Program-made: the position numbers and the translations under genes
The notes under the pieces: model-generated
Databases searched by the model: none
What the model was told of the DNA's origin: nothing
What the model saw: the letters and a program-made list of their open reading frames with translations, nothing else
Shown: in pieces, positions 53,914 through 62,540 of the stretch
Layout: each line of letters begins with the position of its first letter
Position numbering within the stretch: position 1 is the stretch's first letter
Assembly (NCBI GenBank): GCA_963719315.1
Contig: CAVRBU010000003.1
Coordinates: forward strand, 224,001 to 288,000
Reading direction: 5' to 3'
Length of the DNA stretch: 64,000 nt
Source: an uncultured Planctomycetota bacterium
GTDB lineage: Bacteria; Planctomycetota; Planctomycetia; Pirellulales; Lacipirellulaceae

Positions 53914-55956
53914 TTATTCTTTCAATACCCGCTGTAGTTCGGCCAGCGACGTGACGCCCTTGGCGACGAGCAGCAGGCCTTCCTCTTGAAAGGGTCGCAT
54001 CCCGGCCAGGCGGGCGGCTTTGGTTAAGAGGTCGAGTTTCGGTTGCTTGACGAGGACTTCGCGGCATTTGTCGTCCACCATCAGCAACTCGAACACCCCC
54101 GTGCGCCCTTTGAAGCCCAGTCCGCCGCACTCTTTGCATGGCTTCTCGATTTCCTCGGGCTTGGGCACGCGGAACAGTGTTTCCACTTTGCCCGGCGGTA
54201 TGCCGAGTTTTTTGAGCAGTTCGGGCGTGGGAGTGTACGCCACTTTGCAGGTGTCGCACAGTTTGCGAATCAACCGTTCGCAGAGGACCGCCGTCGCGAC
54301 CGCGGCAAAGTCGCGCTGCGGCGCCTTCAATTGCAGTATTCGCAGCAGCGCCTCCGGGGCACTCTTGGCGTGCACGTTGGTAACCACCAGGCGGTCGTCG
54401 TCGCGCACTTCGTTGATCAGGAGCTTGGAGGCTTCCGGATCGCTGAAGTCGCGGAGCACGTAGGCATTGGGATATTTGCGAATCAAAGTGGGGATCACGG
54501 TGGACGCGGTTTCGCCCTTGGTGGCGTCGTAGGTCGTGACTTCGATATTCTCGATCTCGCGCTCGCGGTGATGCTCTTCTTCGATCGCCACGAAATCTCG
54601 GAGCAATCGGTCGGTCTCCATGAGGGACACGTCGGTGAGCGTCGTCAGACCGCCCTCGGGCATCGCGGCGAGGAGGACCAGGCCTTTGCTCTGGCCCATG
54701 CAATCGGCCCACTGCTCGGCCGTTTTGGACCGCATTCCTAAATCTTCATAGTGCTTGAACGCGCGCTGGAAGCCGCCCAGCAATTGCACGACGACTCGCT
54801 CGCCGGTGGTTACTCCCTGGCTCGAGATCGGGCAGACGAACGAATGGTCTTTGTACTTGGCGGCAAACTTGCTCTCTTGCTTCTTGCGGCGCTCGGTGGC
54901 GCTGAGATTGGCCAGCGTTTTCATGACGGCCAGCATCACGTCGCCCGATTCGCGGTCGCGGGTATCGCCGTTGTGCCAGACGCCATCGATGTGCTGGCGG
55001 GCGACGACCGATTGCTGTGTGTAATCGAGGATGCACTTGTCGCTGCGGTGCTCGACCATGTCGGCGATCAAGTCCTTCACCAGAAGATACCCGGGCGACT
55101 GGCGGGCGGCGATCAGGTTGGCCTGATTGTCGCGATCCTCGGGAGCGGCGATGGCCATCAAATCGACGGGGGCGCCCTTTTCATAGTCGGCTTTGCGTTC
55201 GCTCTCCATCTTGATGCCAATTTTGTTGGCGAGGAGCGCGATTTCGTAGCGGAACCAGTCGGGAGTGAACACCTTCTGATGGAGCGCGACCGATTTATTG
55301 CGAATCACCACGTACGGTACGTAGGTCGCCAAATACACGACGATCATCAGGGCAAACGCGACCCAGAAAAACGGGAGGCCGACGATGATCGGAAACGCGA
55401 ACAGCAGCAGGACGGCCAGGAACGGAAAAAATAGAATCGCATTCCATTTGCCGTAACCGAGATTGTAGATTTGCGAATCGCGATTGACCCAATCGGCCGA
55501 TCGGACCCAGAGGAGGAACAGCAACCACAGGCCGAGCAATTTGAGCCAGAAAATCGAGGGATTATCAAGCCGAAGAATGGAATGGTCGTCGCCGTAAGTG
55601 GAATGGGGGAGGCCGTTTTTGTCGAGCTTGTCGGCAGGCGCGGCGGGCGGCGCAGTGGCATCGGCCGGGGCGCCGGGTTCGGCGGCGGCGGGCGCTTCGC
55701 CAGCGGCCGGCGTGGCTGCGGGTGGAGCGGCGGCAGGAGCGGCGGGTTCCTGTGCGCGACTAATGGAGGTCGATACCACACTGGCCGACGCAATAAGTAC
55801 GAACAACGCAATTGGAATCAAACGAGACGCGGTACAAGGCTTGCCCTCAAAGGGCACCATGCGACAGGCCGACCCAGGGCAACGCCCTGGTCTGTCGAAT
55901 TGCGCCCTTTCAGGGCTGCAAGGCATATCGGTGGATTTGCTCGGTCGCAGCCTCAT
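53914..55956 (-). CDS. GspE/PulE/PilB-like protein with N-terminal TM region and degenerate ATPase motifs
   Basis: ERRKKQES, RLIRKLCDTC..CKECGGLGFKGRTGVFELL and GVTSLAELQRV. Walker A is replaced by AAMPEGGLTT. Confidence 0.85.
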   Translation of the reverse strand: MRLRPSKSTDMPCSPERAQFDRPGRCPGSACRMVPFEGKPCTASRLIPIALFVLIASASVVSTSISRAQEPAAPAAAPPAATPAAGEAPAAAEPGAPADATAPPAAPADKLDKNGLPHSTYGDDHSILRLDNPSIFWLKLLGLWLLFLLWVRSADWVNRDSQIYNLGYGKWNAILFFPFLAVLLLFAFPIIVGLPFFWVAFALMIVVYLATYVPYVVIRNKSVALHQKVFTPDWFRYEIALLANKIGIKMESERKADYEKGAPVDLMAIAAPEDRDNQANLIAARQSPGYLLVKDLIADMVEHRSDKCILDYTQQSVVARQHIDGVWHNGDTRDRESGDVMLAVMKTLANLSATERRKKQESKFAAKYKDHSFVCPISSQGVTTGERVVVQLLGGFQRAFKHYEDLGMRSKTAEQWADCMGQSKGLVLLAAMPEGGLTTLTDVSLMETDRLLRDFVAIEEEHHREREIENIEVTTYDATKGETASTVIPTLIRKYPNAYVLRDFSDPEASKLLINEVRDDDRLVVTNVHAKSAPEALLRILQLKAPQRDFAAVATAVLCERLIRKLCDTCKVAYTPTPELLKKLGIPPGKVETLFRVPKPEEIEKPCKECGGLGFKGRTGVFELLMVDDKCREVLVKQPKLDLLTKAARLAGMRPFQEEGLLLVAKGVTSLAELQRVLKE

Positions 55957-57107
55957 CAGATAATTCCTGGATCTTTAACCTCAATGCCTTTGAGCGCCAT
56001 TTTCAGCGCTTCGCGGTTCGGCGCGACTTCCATCGCCACTTCGCGGTCGATCAGTTCATCGTCCACCAGTTGCTTGAGACTCATCGTGAAGTCTTGCATG
56101 CCTTCGAGCTTGCCGATGCGAATGATATCGGGCAGTTTGGAGTCGTTCTCTTCGAGAATCGCCTTCTGCACGTTCGTGTTGAAAATCATGATTTCGCAAG
56201 TCGGAACGCGCCCCACGCCCGGCTTGATGCACTTCAGCAACTTTTGGGCGACGATCCCCTTCATGTTGAACGCGATCGCGCTACGGAGGGCCGGGTGCAT
56301 ATCGGACGGAAACAAATCGAGAATACGGCCGATCGTGGTGGACGCGCTGGAAGCATGGATCGTGCCGAACACCAAGTGCCCCGTTTCCGCGGCATGAATG
56401 GCGGTCATAAACGTTTCCTTATCGCGCATTTCGCCGACGAGCATGACGTCGGGATCTTCGCGGACGGCATGCTTCATGCCGACTTCGAAGTCGACGACGT
56501 CCAAACCGATTTCGCGCTGATTGATGAGGCACTTCTCCTCGGTGAACACGAATTCGATCGGATCTTCGAGCGTGAGAATGTGCTTGCGGTACTGGTGATT
56601 GATCAAATTCAGCATCGACGCGATCGTCGTGCTTTTGCCCGAGCCGGTGACGCCCGCCAGCAACACCATGCCTTGATCGAAGTGGCACAGCTTCTCGATC
56701 ACCGGCGGCAAGTAAAGGCCTCTGAAATCGGGCACCACGCTGTTGACGCGGCGGGCAACCAGGCCGACGTGGCCAAGTTGTTGCAATAGATTGACGCGGA
56801 ATCGCCAGTTGATGTCTTCTACCTGGAGCGTGTGGGCGAAGTCGGCCCCGCCGTCCTTCTCGAAGATTTTGCGGTTCCGCTCGTTCATCAGCGGGAAAGT
56901 CAGCCGCACCATTTCCTCGTCGGTGATCGGCTCGCGGTTCATGGGCCGCAACGTGCCATCGACGCGGACCATCGGCGCCTTATCGACCTTCAGGTGCAAG
57001 TCGCTGGCCTTGAGCTTCACGCAGGCGCGGAAAAGCTTGTCGATCTCCAGATCCGCCTTGCGGTGGATGAAGCTGCTCTTGAATGCTTCGTCGGATACTT
57101 TGGCCAT
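55956..57107 (-). CDS. pilT: PilT/PilU-family type IV pilus ATPase
   Basis: ASDLHL, GVTGSGKSTT, TLEDPIEF, REDPDVMLVGEMRD, AAETGHLVFGTIH, GMQ. Confidence 0.9.
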   Translation of the reverse strand: MAKVSDEAFKSSFIHRKADLEIDKLFRACVKLKASDLHLKVDKAPMVRVDGTLRPMNREPITDEEMVRLTFPLMNERNRKIFEKDGGADFAHTLQVEDINWRFRVNLLQQLGHVGLVARRVNSVVPDFRGLYLPPVIEKLCHFDQGMVLLAGVTGSGKSTTIASMLNLINHQYRKHILTLEDPIEFVFTEEKCLINQREIGLDVVDFEVGMKHAVREDPDVMLVGEMRDKETFMTAIHAAETGHLVFGTIHASSASTTIGRILDLFPSDMHPALRSAIAFNMKGIVAQKLLKCIKPGVGRVPTCEIMIFNTNVQKAILEENDSKLPDIIRIGKLEGMQDFTMSLKQLVDDELIDREVAMEVAPNREALKMALKGIEVKDPGII

Positions 57108-57130
57108 GGGGGGAGCCTGCGGCTCTGCTG

Positions 57131-57508
57131 TTAGCTGTTAGCCAGATGCGTTCTTGATGCTCTTAGGGCTCGTTCAAATGTGTTGAGCATTCGCTTGATT
57201 TCTGAGACTTGTGCGAACAAGAGTTGGTAAAAAGTATCGTCAAGGTAACCTAAAACTCTGGCTAGTAATAATTGGTAGTCTGTTTCAGAGGCAGAGCCGG
57301 CAGCGATCGTGACGAATCATGCAAAATCAACATCACCGCCGCGAGCACATCCCTCCGCGAGATTCGCCGGCACCGAAGCGCACGAGCGCCGCAATTGACT
57401 CGTCTGTCCATATCGCTCTTCCGAAGGAAAACCTACCGTTCCGCGATAAACATCGAGCGTAAGGGCATGAGCCTTCTGCCAAACTTTTAGATTGCGAAAG
57501 TCCTGCAT
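57131..57508 (-). pseudogene. Four-helix-bundle (23S rRNA IVP-like) gene with an in-frame TGA at 57317-57319
   Basis: MQDFRNLKVWQKAH..FPSEERYGQTSQLRRS..SVPANLAEG..DFA*FVTIAAGSASETDYQLLLA..LGYL..EIKRML; the frame stays open after the stop. Confidence 0.88.
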
Positions 57509-57545
57509 TTGCGTCACCTTCTGGCTAATAGCTAACAGCTAATAG

Positions 57546-58328
57546 CTAATAGCTAACAGCTACTCCCCGCACTTCGATGCCCTGTTCCGCCATCACGCGT
57601 TTCGTTTCCTCAATTGTAAACTCTCCGAAGTGAAAAATGCTGGCCGCTAGGGCGGCGTCGGCATTTCCTATTGTAATTGCGTCGGCCAGGTGTTGGGGCT
57701 TGCCGGCCCCGCCGCTGGCGACGACGGGAATCGTGACGGCCTCGCTCACGGCAGCCGTGATTTCCAGGTCGTAGCCGTCCTTTGTGCCGTCGCAATCCAT
57801 GCTGGTCAGCACGATTTCGCCGGCCCCCAACCGCTCGACCTCGCGGGCCCAGGCGACGGCCTCCAGCCCCGTCGGCACGCGGCCGCCGTTGATGTGGACC
57901 TCCCACTTTTCCTGGCCGTTGTGCTGGACGCGCTTGGGGTCGATGTTCACCACGATGCATTGACTGCCGAACCGGCGAGCGGCTTCGTACACGAATTGGG
58001 GATCCTTCACCGCGGCCGAGTTGATCGAAACCTTGTCGCTGCCCGCGAGCAGCAGTTGGCGGATGTCGTCCATCGTGCGAATGCCGCCGCCCACGGTGAG
58101 CGGCATGAAGATCTGCTCGGCCGTGCGGCGGACAACGTCAAGCATGATGTCGCGCCCCTCGTGGCTGGCCGCGATATCGAGGAAGACGAGTTCGTCGGCG
58201 CCCTCCTTTTCGTACCGCGCGGCCACCTCGACTGGATCGCCGGCGTCGCGCAGGTTCACGAAATTCGTGCCCTTCACCACGCGCCCGCGGTCAACATCGA
58301 GACAGGGAATCACACGTTTGGCGAGCAT
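57546..58328 (-). CDS. hisF: Imidazole glycerol phosphate synthase subunit HisF
   Basis: [63 protein letters not shown]. Confidence 0.98.
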   Translation of the reverse strand: MLAKRVIPCLDVDRGRVVKGTNFVNLRDAGDPVEVAARYEKEGADELVFLDIAASHEGRDIMLDVVRRTAEQIFMPLTVGGGIRTMDDIRQLLLAGSDKVSINSAAVKDPQFVYEAARRFGSQCIVVNIDPKRVQHNGQEKWEVHINGGRVPTGLEAVAWAREVERLGAGEIVLTSMDCDGTKDGYDLEITAAVSEAVTIPVVASGGAGKPQHLADAITIGNADAALAASIFHFGEFTIEETKRVMAEQGIEVRGVAVSY

Positions 58329-58627
58329 TGAACCGCGACGCAGAGGACGCACCCAGCCGGATGGTGAGATCACCGGAACGAACCATATTGCCCAAACGGT
58401 TCAGTCTAAGTGTGTCTCAAAGTGGGGTCAACCGACCGAATCGCATCGGTTACCTCCCATCCTTCAGGTGGTTTTCGGACCTCGCGAACGATGCCCGAAA
58501 GAAAATGCGCGCGGCAGGATTTGTGCTTTGGCGCGGAGTCTCGCGCTTCCCAGCAGATAGAGAATTCATAACAATGACCAAATTGCCCCGCGCGTCTCAA
58601 TTCCATTTTGGCACAAGGAGGCCCAAC

Positions 58628-59908
58628 ATGTCGCGCAGAAGCTCGATCGATGAAGTCGCCGCCGGCGAAGACCTGGTCGGCTTGAGATTGCCGGTTCCAG
58701 AACGGGACGTTATCGTCACCAGCAATCTTGTCGCCGAAAGTAGCTTGCGGAATCGAATCAAAAACGCGCCGGCTCGCGAGGTCATTTCGTTCACCTTCGA
58801 GGAGCTCGAAGACCTCCACCGTCGCCTGGCTTTTGATGCGAACCAGACATCCGATAAGAAGCGCGAGAAGACCATCAGAAAGGTGTTGCGAAAAATCGAA
58901 GAGGTTCTCGACGAAGAAGACGACTTCGATGAGCCGGAGCCGCTGTACGAGGAGTGGGACGACGAACTACCCTTGCCGCAGAGCGCGCACCAATTATTTA
59001 GAGATGTTTTCGGCAGTACGCCGTCGGACGCTCAATCGGCGCCGCCCTGCCCCCTGTCGTTCACCGCGTCGCAACGCGACACGCTGAGACGCATGGATAC
59101 GATTTCGCTCGATATCCACAAGCTGCTTGCCGGCGATTCGCAGGAGGAATTGCAATTCAACCTCAGTCCCCGTCAATTCATGGTGATCTCGATGGCCATC
59201 AAGGAGGCGATCGAGCTTTCTCCCGACGAGAAGTCCGCAACACCTTTCGTGGACGTAGCCCAGCGAATAAGCGAATGCTTGTTCGCCGCAATTAAAGAAA
59301 CCGCCGAATCGGACACCGAGCAAGAGTACCACCGGTCGCACGCCAGCCCGACGAAACAAGCCTTTCAATTGAAAATCACTTTGGACGGCAGCAAGCCGCC
59401 CATCTGGCGGCGAGTGCTGGTCGCCGACTGCACGCTCGACGTGCTCCATCAAACCGTACAAATGGCGATGGGTTGGACCGGCTCTCACATGCACCAATTC
59501 GAGTACGGCAACGATTGCTTCAGCGATCCGAGTTTCGAACTGGATGGCGATGACTACGACGAGACGCGGGTCTTTCTGAGTCAACTTGTTGCCGATGGCT
59601 GCCAGAAACTACGCTATTGGTATGACTTCGGCGATGACTGGTTTCATACGATCAAGATCGAGAAGGTACTCGAACGGAAACCGGAAGACAAATTCCCGGT
59701 TTGCGTTAAGGGGGTCGGCGCCTGCCCGCCCGAGGACTGCGGCGGAATCTGGGGCTACTACGACTTCCTCGAAGCCATTCGCGACCCGAAGCACGAGCGA
59801 CACGATGAGTTCGTCGATTGGGCCGGCAAGGATTTCGATCCCAACGTTTTCGACATCGACGATACGAATGCGGCGTTGGCCGAAGGGATCGGAAAGCTTG
59901 AGTTGTAG
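58628..59908 (+). CDS. pRiA4b ORF-3-like domain protein
   Basis: QLKITL.GSKPPIWRRVLV..LH..MGW..SHMH.F, YDFGDDW.H.I, GACPPEDCGGIWGY; RBS aaggag. Confidence 0.88.
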   Translation: MSRRSSIDEVAAGEDLVGLRLPVPERDVIVTSNLVAESSLRNRIKNAPAREVISFTFEELEDLHRRLAFDANQTSDKKREKTIRKVLRKIEEVLDEEDDFDEPEPLYEEWDDELPLPQSAHQLFRDVFGSTPSDAQSAPPCPLSFTASQRDTLRRMDTISLDIHKLLAGDSQEELQFNLSPRQFMVISMAIKEAIELSPDEKSATPFVDVAQRISECLFAAIKETAESDTEQEYHRSHASPTKQAFQLKITLDGSKPPIWRRVLVADCTLDVLHQTVQMAMGWTGSHMHQFEYGNDCFSDPSFELDGDDYDETRVFLSQLVADGCQKLRYWYDFGDDWFHTIKIEKVLERKPEDKFPVCVKGVGACPPEDCGGIWGYYDFLEAIRDPKHERHDEFVDWAGKDFDPNVFDIDDTNAALAEGIGKLEL

Positions 59909-60146
59909 TCGAGTACGCGCGAATTGTGCCATCGCGCGAGATTTGCTGGCGTTAGCGCGCTCGCGGTAAAAATATTTCATCCATTCGAGGCTGACGCCGA
60001 TTCGATCTCGGAGCAAATTGGCGAGTTGCTGCGGACAACCCCTGACGCAAGGGTATTTCACGGCGGCGATCCTTTTTTGACGCAGCGGCTACCTGGTGAT
60101 AAGCTTCTAAAGTGGCTATTCGAACTACCATCCGGGACGTTGGGAT

Positions 60147-60378
60147 ATGATCGAACTTACTCCTCAACAGCAACAATTCGTTGATGCCCAAATTGCCTCG
60201 GGCTTCTTCAAGCAACCAGCCGAAGTGGTCGGCGTGGCGCTCGAGTCTCTTGCAGCAGCGGCAACACGAGTACGACCTGCTGCTACCTGCGATTGGGCAA
60301 GTTGAGCGCGGCGAATTGGAACTGCTAGACATCGAAGATATCAAACTTCGCGGCCGAATGCGGAATACGAAGCAATAA
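60147..60378 (+). CDS. ParD-like antitoxin (frameshift near 60245)
   Basis: MIELTPQQQQFVDAQIASGFFKQPAEVV..AL, then LQQRQ..AIGQVERGE..DIEDIK.RGR; abuts the toxin gene. Confidence 0.7.
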
Positions 60379-60674
60379 TGCCGCCTCCTCGGGTTCACCG
60401 CACTCCGGATGCGATCGCGGACCTCGACGGCATCTGGGATTATATTGCTCGCGATAGTCCTCGGGCCGCCGACCTCGTGCTGGACGAACTCAACGATCGA
60501 TTCGCATTGTTGGCCGGAAATCCAGAAATCGGCGAGTTGCAGCCGACGTTGGCCGATGGCAATTACCGCAGATTTACTCACCGGAGCTACGTCGTTTATT
60601 ACCGTCCTCAAGAAAATGGGATCGTCATCGTGCGAGTGCTGCATGGGGCGCGCGTTTACGAGAACCTGATGTAG
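60378..60674 (+). CDS. ParE/RelE-family toxin
   Basis: AIADLDGIWDYIARDSPRAA..LAGNPEIG..YVVYYR..VRVLHGAR. Confidence 0.92.
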   Translation: MPPPRVHRTPDAIADLDGIWDYIARDSPRAADLVLDELNDRFALLAGNPEIGELQPTLADGNYRRFTHRSYVVYYRPQENGIVIVRVLHGARVYENLM

Positions 60675-60726
60675 CCTATGTAAGGCCGCGATAGTCTTCT
60701 CGCCAAGCGCAAGCATGCGGCTACGC

Positions 60727-60968
60727 CTAGAACGTGGCGTCCGACAATGGTGAGTCCACCCGTCGACAATCCGGTAACGATTCGATGAACAGCCGGCCGT
60801 AGGGCTTCGTGACAATCCGCGGGTCGAGGCAGACGACAGTGCCGTGGTCGGTGCGGGTGCGGATGAGGCGGCCGAAGCCTTGTTTGAATTTGATGACGGC
60901 TTCGGGCAGTTGGTAATCGCGGAACGGGTTGCCGCCGGCGGCGCGGATGGCGTTCAGGCGGGCCTCGA
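60727..60968 (-). pseudogene. Duplicated 3' end of the DinG helicase gene
   Basis: Near-identical to 62575-62777 ([41 protein letters not shown]) with a different tail. Confidence 0.92.
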
Positions 60969-61016
60969 TGTGAATCGTCGTCTTGCTGCTACTGGTTTGC
61001 GAGATACAATTATGGC

Positions 61017-61260
61017 ATGCACGCTCCCTATCCTCAGTTGACTCCGGAACAGCGCGACGCGATCGCCGCCAGCGGCGGCTTGCCCGTTCAGGTCGAAGAT
61101 CCCGATACGCACAAGCTTTACGTGTTGGTTGAGCAACCTCACGACGCACTGCTGGATGAAGAGTATATTCGCAATGAGTTAGCAAAGGGGTTGGCCGCGA
61201 TTGAAGCGGGCGAGCGACTAGCGTGGGATCCGCAGCAGATCAAACAGGAGGGGCGCCGGC
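61017..61260 (+). pseudogene. Orphan antitoxin-like gene truncated by the hisF fragment
   Basis: [50 protein letters not shown], then runs into antisense hisF sequence. Confidence 0.55.
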
Positions 61261-61344
61261 GTCGCGCAGGTTCACGAAATTCGTGCCCTTCACCACGCGC
61301 CCGCAGTCAACATAGAGACAGGGAATCACACGTTTGGACAACAT
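61254..61344 (-). pseudogene. Duplicated 5' end of hisF
   Basis: Matches 58239-58328; translates [30 protein letters not shown]. Confidence 0.92.
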
Positions 61345-61717
61345 GGAGCGATGCACCCCAACGAGCGCCCTACCGAGGCGATGAACAGAACCGGCTGATG
61401 CAATGTAGAAGGAGCCGGAAATCGGTATAAATGTACCAATCTAGTCAGTTTAGGTGCAGAAAAGGGGGTGGTGAACGGGCAGAGACTGACAAGGTAGTTA
61501 CAACATTTCGGGAATTCTTTGACGTCAAGGTGACTCGTTGTTATTCTGGTCGGCGGACCGATACGCTGTGCTGCGCTATTTGTGCTGTTGCCTAGCTACA
61601 AGCAAATGGGAGTTCTGTGCGAATTTCGTTCGATGTAATTTGCCCTACGTTGGTGCGTTCTTTGCAAAGTTGTGCGAAATCTGTTTAGATACGGCGACTA
61701 GAACTCGGGAGACGAAC

Positions 61718-62191
61718 ATGGCCGTCGAGTGGCACTACTCTAGAAACCGTGAAAAATATGGTCCCGTATCGTCGGCAAAGCTCAAAGAACTAGCCGACAC
61801 CGGTCAATTGCAGCCCGATGACCTCGTTTGGCGTCATGGAATGTCTGAGTGGGCACTTGCTAGAAAAGTGAAAGGGCTTTTTAGCGAATCCTCCATTCCT
61901 CCGCCGCCCCCTCGCCCGCCTAGAACGGAAGTACCCGTTCGCGTCGTGGTGCCCAGCGAAAGTAGGATGGCCAAAGTTGCAAAATGGGTGGTTATCGGCT
62001 GGTCTCTCTTTTGTTTGCTTGGAATCATTGTTGGACTCGTCAATGCTGGGTCGAGTCTTGACCGATCGTACGGTGATACTGAGTCAGCGGGCGCCGCAAT
62101 TGGAATCGGCTGTGGAATGGGAATTTACCTCGTGATTTGGGCGGCAATCGCCGGACCTGCATTACTAATCTGGCTCCTCTCGCGAAAATGA
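61718..62191 (+). CDS. GYF_2 (DUF4339) domain membrane protein
   Basis: WHYSRNREKYGPVS..LKELA..GQLQPDDLVWRHGMSEW, a Pro linker and two TM segments. Confidence 0.88.
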   Translation: MAVEWHYSRNREKYGPVSSAKLKELADTGQLQPDDLVWRHGMSEWALARKVKGLFSESSIPPPPPRPPRTEVPVRVVVPSESRMAKVAKWVVIGWSLFCLLGIIVGLVNAGSSLDRSYGDTESAGAAIGIGCGMGIYLVIWAAIAGPALLIWLLSRK

Positions 62192-62201
62192 CCAGCCAAA
62201 T

Positions 62202-62516
62202 TTGGTGAAGATGTTTTTTAAACGCGTTTGTCAATCTAATAGTTGGCAATTCCACAAACGTCTAATTGTCTGGGCGATAATTGCCAGTTGCCTGGCGATA
62301 ACTGGCGATGGCCTTCGTCCGCCACACAAGCAGTTGACGGCCAGACTGGTGATTAACGCAATCGAGTTATATCAAGTCACTCTGTCGGGCAAACTTCCTT
62401 TCATTAAGTGCCGACACGAAGAAACTTGCTCATCCTATTGCAAGCGATGCTTTCAAGAACGAGGACTCTTCTGGGGTGCAGTTGCTTCGGCAGCCCGTCT
62501 AGAGACATGCATGTGA
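62202..62516 (+). CDS. YidD-like (membrane protein insertion efficiency factor) protein
   Basis: IELYQ..LS....CRHEETCSSY....RGLFWG.....RL..C. Confidence 0.7.
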   Translation: MVKMFFKRVCQSNSWQFHKRLIVWAIIASCLAITGDGLRPPHKQLTARLVINAIELYQVTLSGKLPFIKCRHEETCSSYCKRCFQERGLFWGAVASAARLETCM

Positions 62517-62540
62517 AAAAATACGCCGTTTCGTAGAGAT

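Noticed and set aside
57317..57319. TGA as selenocysteine or readthrough in the four-helix-bundle gene
   Set aside because: The position corresponds to a usual Arg (FARF), so CGA to TGA is simpler, and no SECIS-like hairpin was recognised.
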